DNA from: Malacoraja senta
Lineage: Eukaryota
Reading direction: 5' to 3'
Assembly (NCBI GenBank): GCA_038087875.1
Contig: CM075993.1
Span: 11,410,001-11,474,000 of the forward strand
Length of the DNA: 64,000 nucleotides
Both the position numbers and the translations under genes were made by a program. Below are positions 51,063 to 62,172 of this stretch, in pieces (the stretch's first letter is position 1; each line of letters opens with the position of its first letter). The notes beneath the pieces are model-generated. The model saw only the letters and a program-made list of their open reading frames with translations, ran no database searches and was not told where the DNA came from.

Positions 51063-51565
51063 CTGGTTGAATGGTGCTGCAACAATAGCTTCAAGCTCAA
51101 CATCACGAAAACCAAGAAGCTAATCGTTGATTTGAGAAAGGTGAGCTGTCCTGGGCCTTGTGTATAGATGTGATGAAGAGCAAGGCGCACAAGATCCTCT
51201 ACTTTCTTTGAAGTTTAAGTAGATTTAGCATGCCTCCGAATATGCTAACAAACTTCTACAGATGCATTGTAGAAAGTATCCTGGTAGCATCATGGCCTGG
51301 TACGGCAATTCCAATGCATAGGAACGTAACAGCTGCAGAGAGTGGTTGACTCAGCCCGGTCCATCACGAGCACATCCCTCCCCACCATCAAACGCATCAG
51401 CACCTGCCGCTGCCTCAAGAAGGCGGCATCTATCAAAGGATCCCCACCATCCGGGCCGTGCCCTCTTCTCACTGCTACCGTCGGGCAGGAGGTACAGTAG
51501 CCTGAAGTCCCACACCACTAGGTTCAGGAACAGTGACTTTCCTACAACTATCAGGTTCTATCTGA
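51063..51565 (+). mobile_element. Degenerate Rex1/Babar 3' fragment
   Basis: KDPHHPGRALFSLLPSGRRYSSLKSHTTRFRNS.FP. Confidence 0.8.
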
Positions 51566-52679
51566 ACCGCACATCCCTAATCCTACCTCAGCAACGGAAC
51601 ACTGCGCGCCACCTCTTGCACTACCATGGACTTTTTCCTAATGTGTTTCTGCATTAGTGTTTTGTGGTGCAGTCTTTTCATTTCCCCCCAAACGCAAGAC
51701 CCAGCAGACTGTGGCATGGAAGGGGGTGTCCGCCGAACCGTCTCGTGCTTGTACCCCGAAAACCGGGCACTGAGGGGATGGTGCTGACGACGACGTACGT
51801 GACCGGTGAGGAGTGAGGCCGGTAGAAATGGAGAGGAGTCTGGCCTACCGCTCCATCGAGGTCGGCTGTGGGAGGCACTCGCGGGGAACAAAGGTGGATG
51901 GGACGTCGGTTTGCAGGTCGAGCCGCACGTTCAAGGGAGGGCGACGGCTGGAGGCCCGCAGCAGCCTGGGGCTCGCCTGGAACGGGCACTGCTCATACTA
52001 CCTAGAGTGTGGACTAGACTCTGAAAATGGTGCCAAAACATGGCACCTCTTGCACCTGGGATCAGTAAACTATTTCTGTACAATTTGCTAATCAGGGATG
52101 TACTTGGGTATAAAATGGGACTGTTTGTAAGAAAATAATTTGGCTGTGTGCTTGCACTTTGCACACGTGACAATAAAAGCATCATTGAACCATTTTCAAT
52201 GTTTTGTTTAATTTTTGTTGTGGGCCCGCGATGAAGCTGCAAGCAAGATTTTCATTGTGCCTGTGTGTTACTGTATTTGTTCACATGATCATAAACTCAA
52301 TGTGTAGGAAGGATCTGCAGGTGCTGGTTTAAACCGAAGATAGACACAAAAAGCTGGAGTAACTCAGCAGGATAAACTCTTGGTACTGGAACATTACGTC
52401 ACTTATGAACCCATGTCTCATTGTTGTCCCTGACTTGCATAGGCTGTTTCACTTGTTGGGAAGTTGTAGTCTCCCTTTCCCCTGACTCTCAGTCTGAAGA
52501 AAGGTGTCGACCCGAAACGTCACCTATTCCTTTTCTCACTCCAGCTTTTTGCGTCCATCACCTGTTGGGGAGTTGTGAATAGGCACAATGATTTGAGGGA
52601 ATAGAGCATATTCTGCACTCGGGCATTTTTCTCTTTGTGCTACAGGTTGTATTGTGTATGGCTTGATTCACAAGTTTTG

Positions 52680-53015
52680 GGAGTTGAATTAGGTCATTTG
52701 GCCCATCGAGTCCACTCCGCCATTCAATCATGGCTGATCTCTGCCTCCTAGTCCAATTTTCCTGCCTTCTCCCCATAACCCTTGACACCCGTTCTAATCA
52801 AGAATTTATCAATCTCTGCCTTAAAAATATCCACTGACTTGGCCTCCACAGCCCTCTGTGGCATTGAGTTCCACGGATTACCCGCTGACTAAATAAGTTC
52901 CTTCTCACCTCCTTTCTAAAAGTACGCCCTGTAATTCGGAGGCTATGACCTCTGGTTCTAGACTCTCCCACCAGTGGAAACATCCTTCCCACATCTACAC
53001 TATCCATGCCTTTCA
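52680..53015 (-). mobile_element. CR1 3' end
   Basis: DVGRMFPLVGESRTRGHSLRITGRTFRKEVRRNLFSQRV. Confidence 0.85.
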
Positions 53016-53454
53016 TTATTGTACTTGTGTTATAGTATAGTTTGACTGGATTGCACGCAAAGTATTTCACTGTATCTCAGTACATGTGACAATAATAAAC
53101 CAATACAAATATCAGAGACACAGCAAAGTTAATCGTAGAAGCAATAGCTGGTAATCCAGAGGGAGCCTCCGAATCCCATCACCTGCGTGAAAAGCAATCT
53201 TTGTGCTATATTCACGACACTCTGCACTAGTTTTGTCAAATGATTGCAAGACTTTGTTGAAACAAATGTAAAATCACAGGAACAGGTAGATATTTTGTAA
53301 TGTAACAGTGGGTCATAGAACATAGAATGGTACAGCACAGGAACAGGCCCTTCGGCCCACAATGTCTGGACTGAATATGCTAATTTAAACTAATCTCTGC
53401 CTACATGTGATCCATCCCTCCATTCCCTGCATATCCACATGCCTAACTAAAACT

Positions 53455-54186
53455 TTAAACTTTAAACTTTAAAAAATCTCTTCCCTGCACGGGAGACCCG
53501 ACCTTTTCCCTGTCGGGTCTCTGTTGTCGTTGGGGCCTAGCTCCGTGGAGCGGCCTCCGACCGGGACGACCTGGGGGCTCCAGTCGCGGAGCCTGTGGAG
53601 CTGCGGACTTACCATCGTGGGGCTGGCCGTCCTCGGAGCGTGAGGAGCGGTGGTGGCTCGCTGCTGCGGCCCGACTACGGAGCTCCAGCTGCAGCTGCAG
53701 ACCCGTGGACTGTGATATCGGGAGCTCGCGGGTCCGGGTGAGAGACCGCTTTCCGGAGCTCCCGCAACGCAACTTCTCCCGCCCGTGTCGCGGGGTTGGA
53801 ACGACTCGGAGCGGGGCCGTAAATCGCCCGGCGCGGTTTTAATGGCCGCGGGACATTCCAGCGCCCGCCGGGGGCTCCAACTTGGTGACTTTTGGGCCCG
53901 GAGCGAGGCAGTACACCGCCCGGCCCGGCCTCAACAACCGTGGGACTTAACATTGCCCGCCTGGGGCTTCAACATCGGGAGAAAAATGGTGCAGGGGAGA
54001 GAAAAGACTTTGCCTTCCATCACAGTGAGGAGGAGATTCACTGTGATGGATGTTTTTCTGTAGATTGAATTGTTTGTGTGTCTTGTAGGAATTGTTTTGT
54101 TTGTATGGCTGTGGAAATGGAATTTCGTTTGAGCCTCTGAGGTTCAAATGACAATAAAATCTAATCAATCAATCAATCAATCAATC
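53455..54186 (+). mobile_element. GC-rich non-coding retroposon with Rex1/Babar-like tail (copy B, 5'-truncated)
   Basis: Highly similar to 3500-4211, with (aatc)n tail. It splits the CR1 sequence cctaactaaaa|gcctcttaaa. Confidence 0.75.
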
Positions 54187-54729
54187 AAAAGCCTCTTAAA
54201 GGCCTTGTTGTATCTGCCTCCAGCACGTTCCAGGCACTCACCACGTGTAAAAAACTTGCCCCTCATATCTCCTTTAATCTTTGCCCCTCTGACCTTAATG
54301 CTGTGCCCTCCAGTCTTTGATATTTCCATCAATAATAAAAGGCTCTGCCCTATCTATGCCTTTCATAGTACTGTATACTTCTATCAGGTCTCCTCTAATC
54401 CTCTGATGCTCCAGAGAAAACAATCTCCAGTTTATCCAAACTCTCCTTATAGCTTATCCAGGCCTGCCACTGATTTTCCGGCAACTGGTGGTCTGCCTTC
54501 CTTTTTAATCTGGACATAATCCCTTCCAGGAAGCCCTCCCGAAAATGTGGCGCCGAGGCCAGGTGAGGAGGCCGATCTCGACTTCTCCGGGACTTCTGTG
54601 CCGATCGGCGGATCGAAGTTGCCCTCTGCAGCCAGGGCTTGGAACTTCATCCTGACCGGAGACGGCAGATCTGTTCCATGGCCAACTTTGCAGGTCGGTG
54701 TCTTGGAACATAGAACGGGCTGTGACCTC

Positions 54730-55724
54730 ATCTGAAATGTCCTCATTCTTCAGGGAACGGGGGTTCCCCTCCTCCACCATAGATGAGGCTCGCACCAGGG
54801 TCTCTGCCATACCCCGCAACACTGCTCTCTCTCCCCATCCCCCCACTCACAACAAAGGCAGAGTCCCCCTAGTCCTCACCTTTCACCCCACCAGCCGTCA
54901 CATACAACAAGTGATCCTCCGTCAGTTCCGCCACCTCCAACGTGACCCCACCACTCGCCACATCTTCCCATCTCCCCCTATGTCTGCCTTCCGCAAAGAC
55001 CGCTCCCTCCGTAACTCCCTTGTCAATTCTTCCCTTCCCTCCCATACCACCCCCTCCCCTGGTACTTTCCCTTGCAACCGCAAGAGATGCAACACTTGTC
55101 CCTTCAGTTCCCCCCTCCACTCCATTCCAGGACCCAAGCAGTCGTTCCAGGTGCGACAGAGGTTCACCTGCATCTCCTCCAACCTCATCTATTGCATTCG
55201 CTGCTCTAGATGCCAGCTGATCTACATCGGTGAGACCAAGCGGAGGCTTGGCGATCGTTTCGCCGAACACCTCCGGTCGGTCCGCAATAACCAACCTGAA
55301 CTCCCGGTGGCTCAGCACTTCAACTCCCCCTCCCATTCCGTATCTGACCTCTCTGTCCTGGGTCTCCTCCATGGCCACAGCGAGCAACACCGTAAATTGG
55401 AGGAAATGCACCTCATATTCCGCTTGGGCAGTCTACATCCTGGTGGCCTGAACGTTGAATTCTCCCAATTCTGCTAGCCCTGGCTGTCCCCTCCCCTTCA
55501 TCAGCCATCTGGTTGTCTCCGCCCCTCCCCCAACCCTCGGGCTCCTCCTTTTCCTCCTTTTCCTTTTTTCCTTTCTTCTCCCCACCCCCTATCAGTCTGA
55601 AGAAGGGTTTCGGCCCGAAACGTTACCTATTTCCTTCGCTCCATAGATGCTGCTGCACCCGCTGAGTTTCTCCAGCATTTTTGTGTACCTTCGATTTTCC
55701 AGCATCTGCAGTTCCTTCTTTAAC
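54730..55724 (+). mobile_element. 5'-truncated Penelope-like (Neptune-type) element with open GIY-YIG ORF, 3' hammerhead motif and 15-bp TSD
   Basis: Uninterrupted ORF to 55477: RGFPS..RVPLVLTFHP..CNRKRCNTC..NLIYCIRCSRCQLIYIGETKRRLGDRFAEH..HFN..GLN. TSD acgggctgtgacctc at 54715-54729 and 55725-55739. Confidence 0.93.
55594..55628 (+). ncRNA. Minimal hammerhead ribozyme motif in a Penelope pseudo-LTR (representative of several)
   Basis: CTGAAGA + aggg-tttcgg-ccc stem II + GAAACGTTA, with palindromic ACGT as minimal stem III. Confidence 0.65.
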
Positions 55725-56030
55725 ACGGGCTGTGACCTCTGTTGGCCCGGCAAAACGGATAATCCAGCAAGTCTCTGGAACCATGGCAGCTGTAAAAAAG
55801 GGTGGTGGACCTGTACTCTCTAATCCAGGCAGCATTCACTGAACCTCTTCTGCGCCCTCTCCAAAGCCTCCATTCCTGTAATTGTCAAGTGTATCAAGGA
55901 GAGGTTCAGGTAATTGCTCCGTGACATGGTGTTAGCCCTGCATGCTGAACATAGCAGGAACCCCCTTGCACATGAACAGCGAATGTAGTCCACACTCACG
56001 TATCTCCTGAAGAAACACCTGCTACCATTT

Positions 56031-56312
56031 GGGCAGCACAGTGGCGCAGCAGGTAGAGCTGCTGCCTCCCAGCACCAGAAACCTGGGTTTGGTCCTGACC
56101 TTGACCACTCTCTGTGTGGAGTTTGCATGCTCTCCCTGCAATGGCATGAGTTCCCACATCCCAAAGACGTGCGGGTTTGTAGGTTAATTGCCCTCGAGTG
56201 TGTAGTGAGTGGATGAGAATGTGGGATAACATAGAAGTAGTGTAAACAGGTGATCCATGGTCAACGTGGACTTGGTGGGCCGATGGGTCTACTTCCATGC
56301 TGTACACCTCCA
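56031..56312 (+). mobile_element. HE1/V-SINE-type SINE, degenerate
   Basis: gggcagcacagtggcgcagcaggtagagc head and CR1-like tail. Confidence 0.75.
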
Positions 56313-56379
56313 TCAGTCATTCAACCATTCAGTAACCAGGCAGGTAAAGTAGTCCCAATGCCCAGGTGCATATAAACAT

Positions 56380-56885
56380 TGTACAGAATGCAGCCGCTCG
56401 ACTCATTACCCACACCAAATCCTGGCACCACATCACCCCAGTTCTCAAAGAACTTCACTGGCTTCCCATTTCCCACTGGATCACCTACAAAACCCTGGTC
56501 CTCACCTACAAAGCCCTCAACAACTTGGCCCCCCCTTATCTCACTGACCTCTCCCCCTACCAACCCACCGGTCCCTCAGATCCACATCAGCTGGTCTCCT
56601 CTCCACTCCGAAATCAAACCTCTGCACTTTTGGAGGCAGAGCCTTCTCCAGGGCAGCTCCCAGGCTCTGGAATTCCCTCCCACAACTGGTCCGAAATTCT
56701 GAGTCCCTCACCATCTTCCAGTCCCGCCTCAAGACCCATCTCTTCACCTCTGCATACCCTTAGTCCCATGTTCCCCTCCCCTTTGCATCTCTGTCTTACT
56801 GCTCTATTTTGTTTTGTTTATTCTTGACTCTCAATGTAAAGCGACTTTGAGTCCTGAAAATCTATTATTATTATTATTATTATTG
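56380..56885 (+). mobile_element. L2 LINE 3' end
   Basis: VQNAAARLIT..HITPVLKELHWLPI...LTYKAL..LAPPYL; tail tgtaaagcgactttgag..(tat)n. Confidence 0.92.
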
Positions 56886-57061
56886 CATATTTATACTTTC
56901 ACCAACAAATGCATAAAACATCACTTTCAAATGTGAAAAAGGAAGCTTCAGGTGATCACACATCCAATAGCAAAATAGAAGTGTAGTTGGTCACATTATA
57001 TCTTCCAATTACCCTCTGCCTAAAATACAGAAGTAGTCTTAGATGTGGGCACCTTCCATCA

Positions 57062-57212
57062 CCAGTGCATGTTTGCACTGGAGTGCAGCTCCTCTGCATG
57101 CACAGGAGTGGAGCCCTCTGCATGCATTAGAGTGGAGCCCTCTGCATGCACAGGAGTGGAGCCCCTCTGCGTGCACTGGAGTGCAGCCCCTCTGCGAGCA
57201 CTAGAGTGCAGT
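57062..57212. repeat. TGCA-rich degenerate minisatellite, about 24-bp units
   Basis: gcactggagtgcagccctctgcat-like units. Confidence 0.8.
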
Positions 57213-57412
57213 CTATAACAACGAGCATCCATGTCTGTTCCCTGTGTACGGTCACGTGCATCGCTGCCTCTCCGGGGCTTTGGTGTGACCAGTGTGTGCC
57301 CAACTTCTGCCTCACCCACCAAACGCAGAGCTCAGTCCCTGCTGTCCACCACATGCGGCCATGCCGCTGGAAGCCAGAGTCAAACAGAGTGAGAATACTG
57401 ACTAGTACTTAC

Positions 57413-57442
57413 ATGTGTGCGTCTTCTTTGTGACGGATATGC
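57413..57442 (-). CDS. RORA: 30-nt phase-1/phase-1 coding microexon of a RORA-like nuclear receptor (equivalent to RORalpha1 exon 2)
   Basis: Minus strand reads ctttcttcctttcag|GCATATCCGTCACAAAGAAGACGCACACAT|gtaagt, with a canonical acceptor and donor. It translates to (G)ISVTKKTHT(S), matching recalled RORalpha1 GISVTKKTHTSQIEIIPC. The exact paralog is uncertain. Confidence 0.88.
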
Positions 57443-57514
57443 CTGAAAGGAAGAAAGCTGCAGGTCAGTACATTGTTCACAATATCTGCGTGATGACTCG
57501 TTAGATGGATAGAC

Positions 57515-57915
57515 TGCACTCCCGTGCACACGGGGGTGCACTCAAGTGCATGTCGGGGGTGCACTCAAGTGCATGTAGGGGGTGCACTCAAGTGCATGTA
57601 GGGGGTGCACTCAAGTGCACGTAGGGGGTGCACTCAAGTGCATGCAGGGGTGCACGATGCATGCAGAGGGCTACACACCATTGCAAGTAAGCGATGCACT
57701 TCAATGCATGCAGAGGGTCACACTCCATTGCATGCAGAGTTGCACTCCAATGCATGCAAGGTTGGCACCAGTGCTTGCAGAGGGCTCCAGCAATGAATGC
57801 AGAGGGTTGCACTCCAGTGCATGCAGAATGTTGCACTCCTAGTCTGCAGAGGGCTGCACTCCAGTGCATGCAGAATGTTGCACTCCTAGTCTGCAGAGGG
57901 CTGCACTCCAGTGGG
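57515..57915. repeat. TGCA-rich minisatellite (23-24-bp units), inverted relative to 57062-57212
   Basis: gggggtgcactcaagtgcatgta and gcagagggctgcactccagtgcat units. Confidence 0.85.
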
Positions 57916-58541
57916 CTACAACACTGCCAAAACAACTCAAATTTCACTGTTAAGTGACAATAAACTTGAACTTGAACTTTGGCACATCTGAATCAGGCGT
58001 TCTTTCACTTTGGCCTTTTAAAGTTCAGAAGGTGATCTCCCAGTTGATACTGACCGCTCAACACATCTTGTTTAAAACTATTCATCTGGTTTTGACAATA
58101 CTACTGCTTTTTCATGAAACAGTACAGCATGGGATGAGGCCCTTCAGTCCATGATGTCTGTGTCGAACATGATGCCAAATTAAACTAAACTCATGTGCCT
58201 GCACATGATCCATCTCCCTCCAGTCATGCGTATCCATGTTCCGAGCTAAAAGCCTCTTAAACACCACTATCATATCCACTATATCTGCCAACACATAACC
58301 CATATCCCTCCATTCCCTGCATATCCATGTGCATATCCAATAGACGTCACTATCCACCACCACCCCCGGCAGAGCATTCCAGGGCCCCACCACCCTCTGT
58401 ATAAAAAAGACATTCCCCACACATCTCATTTAAAATCTGCCCCTCTCACCTTAAAGTTATGTTCTCCAGTGTGTGACATTTCCACTCTTGGGAAAAGATT
58501 CCTCCTGCTTACCCCATCTATGCCTTTCATAATTTTATATA

Positions 58542-60066
58542 CAGTGGCTTGCAAAAGTTTTCATACCCCTTGAACTTTTCCACATTTTGTCACGTTACAA
58601 CCTCAAACGTAAATGTATTTTATTGGGATTTTATGTGATAGACCAACACAAAGTGGTGCATAATTGTGAAGTGGAAGGAAAATGATACATGGTTTTCAAA
58701 TTTATTTACAAATAAAAAACGGAAAAGTATCGCGTGCAAAAGTATTCAGCCCCCCTGAGTCAATACTTTGTAGAACCACCTTTCGCTGCAATTACAGCTG
58801 CAAGTCTTTTGGGGTATGTCTCTACCAGCTTTGCACATCTAGAGACTGAAATGTTCAAGTCTTGCCAGAGATTCTCAATTGGATTTAGGTCTGGACTTTG
58901 ACTGGGCCATTCTAACACATGAATATGCTTTGATCTAAACCATTCCATTGTAGCTCTGGCTGTATGTTTAGGGTCGTTGGAAGGTGAACCTCCGTCCCAG
59001 TCTCAAGTCTTTTGCAGACTCTAACAGGTTTTCTTCCAAGATTGCCCTGTATTTGGCTCCATCCATCTTCCCATCAACTCTGACCAGCTTCCCTGTCCCT
59101 GCTGAAGAAAAGCATCCCCACAGCATGATGCTGCCACCACCATGTTTCACAGTGGGGATGGTGTGTTCAGGGTGATGTGCAGTGTTAGGTTTCCGCCACA
59201 CATAGCATTTTGCATTTAGGCCAAAAACTTCAATTTTGGTCTCATCTGACCAGAGCACCTTCCTCCACATGTTTGCTGTGTCCCCCACATGGCTTGTGGC
59301 AAACTGCAAACGGGACTTCTTATGGCTTTTTTTCAACAATGGCTTTCTTCTTGCCACTCTTCCATAAAGGCCCGATTTGTGGAGTGCACGACTAATAATT
59401 GTCCTGTGGACAGATTCTCCCACCTGAGCTGTGGATCTCTGCAGCTCCTCCAGAGTTACCATGGGCCTCTTGGCTGCTTCTCTGATCAATGCTCTCCTTG
59501 GCCGGCCTGTCAGTTTAGGTGGACGGCCATGTCTTGGTAGGTTTGCCATACTCTTTCCATTTTCGGATGATGGATTGAACAGTGCTCCGTGAGATGTTCA
59601 AAGCTTGGGATATTTGTTTATAACCTAACCCTGGTTTAAACTTCTCCACAACTTTATCCCTGACCTGTCTGGTGTGTTCCTTGGGCTTCATGGTGCTGTT
59701 TGTTCACTAATGTTCTCTAACAAACCTCTGAGGCCTTCACAGAACAGCTGTATTTATACTGAGATTAGATTACACACAAGTGGACTCTATTAACTAATTA
59801 GGTGACTTCTGAAGGCAATTGGTTGCACTGGATTTTATTTAGGGGTATCAGAGTAAAGGGGGCTGAATACTTTTGCACGCGACACTTCAGTTTTTTATTT
59901 GTAAAAAATTTGAAAACCATGTATCATTTTCCTTCCACTTCACAATTATGCGCCACTTTATGTTGGTCTATCACATAAAATCCCAATAAAATACATTTAT
60001 GTTTGTGGTTGTAACGTGACAAATGTGGAAAAGTTCAAGGGGTATGAATACTTTTGCAAGCCACTG
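58542..60066 (-). mobile_element. Tc1 Passport-like transposon (copy 2); transposase 58760-59691 broken by three deletions; inserted in CR1
   Basis: TA-flanked, with the same TIRs and near-identical body as copy 1. Confidence 0.97.
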
Positions 60067-60296
60067 TACTTCTGTCAGCTCAGGTCGTGTACCAGCAGGA
60101 TGCTGCGTATCCTACCATTGAGCTCCTAAAGGAATTCAATGACTAGAAGTAAATCCTGAGTGAGTGAAAGACAAGTACAAATTATCAGTCCGAAAATTCA
60201 TTTTGCACATCTCCAAAAAATCAGATGATGTGCTATCCCAAGAATAATATTTCTGCACATAGCTCCAGTCTTTGAGCAAGTGATTGGAAACTTTAC

Positions 60297-60875
60297 AGTT
60301 TCAGTTTAGTTTATTGTCACGTGTACCGAGGTGCAGTGAAAAGCTTTTGTTGCTTGTTAACCAGTCAGTGGAAAGCAAATACATGATTACAATCAAGCCA
60401 TTCACAATGCACTGATACATGATAAGGGAATAACATTTAGTGTAAGATAAATCCAGTAAAGTCCGATCAAAGATAGTCCGATAGTAGTTTATGACCTGGT
60501 TGTGGGAGGGTGGTTCAGTTGCCTGATAACAACTGTCCCTGAATCTGGAGGTGTACATTTTCACACTTCTATACCTTTCTTTGCAATTGGATGTGTTTTT
60601 ATCTTGTTTTAACGTGTTTTGGATGCACTGATCAGGAGTAGCTCTCCTAATGTTATTGTATTTCTATGTACAATGACAATAAAGGCTTATTATTATTATT
60701 CTATACCTTTTGCCTGATGAGAGAGGGGAGACGAGGGAATGGCTAGGTTGCGACATCCTTGATTATGCTGCTGGCCTTGCCGAGGCAGCGTGAGATATAA
60801 ATGGAGTCAATGGAAGGGAGGTTGGTTTGTGTGATGGTCTGGGCTACGTCAACATTTCGCTGCAATTTCTTGTGC
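60297..60875 (-). mobile_element. Rex1/Babar 3' end with a second short tail nested near 60580-60700
   Basis: Homologous to 5450-5860; gtgacaataaactaaac tail. Confidence 0.75.
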
Positions 60876-61323
60876 TTATTTCAGTGATATAGCAAGGAAA
60901 CAGACACTTTGGCCCACCGAGTCTACGCCGGCCAGCGATTGGCGTGCCTTAGCACTATTCCACACACGCTAGTGATCATTTTACAACTTCCCAAAGCCAA
61001 TTAACCTGCAAACCTGCACATATCTGGAGTATGGGAGGAAACCGGCCGCCATACTTGACTCCTGAATTTACAGAGAGAAGTCCGTTTTTCTAACTGCTTC
61101 TCTCCAGCTTCGATTTCACTCAATTCCCATCAAAAGCAGAGTAGCAAGTATAATTAACCTGCGTTAAAACTTCCCTGGTTGGCAAATCAACAGTTCACTG
61201 AGTCTGAAGAAGGTGCTCGACCTGAAACATCGTCTGTCCACTCCCTCCACTGATGCTGCCTGATCCCATGAGTTAGAACGTAGAACACTACAGCAAGAAC
61301 AGTCCCTTCAACACACAGTGTCT

Positions 61324-61591
61324 TCCTGCCCCTTTTCCGGGGATATGTCCGTGCCCGGGTGCGGTTAGAAAGGGAATACGCCCTGTCCACGGGCACCCTG
61401 AGGGAGTTCCGGGACCGCTGGGCTCCGCAGGGTGTTGAATGTATCCTCAATAAGGATTGTATCATAGTTGTATAGTAGGTTATTATGGATATATGTTTGT
61501 ATTGTATTATGGTGGTGGGTTCTGGCTTGTTTTATTGTAGTGTAATTATTATTTTTAAAATAATTGAATACATTTTTTGATTTAAAAAAAA
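61324..61591 (+). mobile_element. Tx1-clade LINE 3' end with poly(A) and 11-bp TSD
   Basis: LPLFRGYVRARVRLEREYALSTGTLREFRDRWAPQG. TSD acacagtgtct at 61313-61323 and 61592-61602. Confidence 0.8.
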
Positions 61592-61889
61592 ACACAGTGT
61601 CTGTGCCGAATATTATGCCAAAACCATCACTTATCTACCTGCACTTAACCTATATCCCTTCATTTCCTACATATCATTGTGCCTATCCAATAGTCCCCGA
61701 AACAACTCTCGTATGTGCCCTCACTACCACCACGGCAACGCGTTCCAGGCACCCAACACCCTCTGTGTAAAATACTTGCTCCACACATCTCCTTTAAACT
61801 CTGCCCCACTCACCATAAAGCTATCCCCTCTAATATTTAATTTTTGCATCCTGTGAAAAGGGTTCTGACTGTCTACCCTATCTATGGAC

Positions 61890-62172
61890 TGTCCACCCAC
61901 ACAGTCCACACCGACCATCGATCACCCGTGCATTAGTACTATGTTATCCAACTTTAACATCCTACACTCGAGGGGATGTTTACAGAAGCCAATTAACCTA
62001 CAAACCTGCACATCTTTGGAGTGTGGGAGGAAACTGGAGCACCTAGAGAAAACCCATGCAGTTCACAGGAGAAGGTACAAACTGTACAGACAGCATCGGT
62101 AGTCAGGATCGAACCTGGGTCTCTGGCGCTGTGAGGCAGCAACTCTACCGCTGCACCACCATGCCGCCCTTG
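61890..62172 (-). mobile_element. HE1/V-SINE-type SINE within a CR1 fragment
   Basis: Reverse tRNA head and V-domain. Confidence 0.8.

Larger units (their letters stand above)
54455..55815. mobile_element. Degenerate pogo/Tigger-like non-autonomous element hosting a Penelope insertion
   Basis: Right end ggtggacctg|TA; the left end is degenerate. It interrupts CR1 ctccttatagct...ctctctaatccaggcagcat. Confidence 0.45.
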
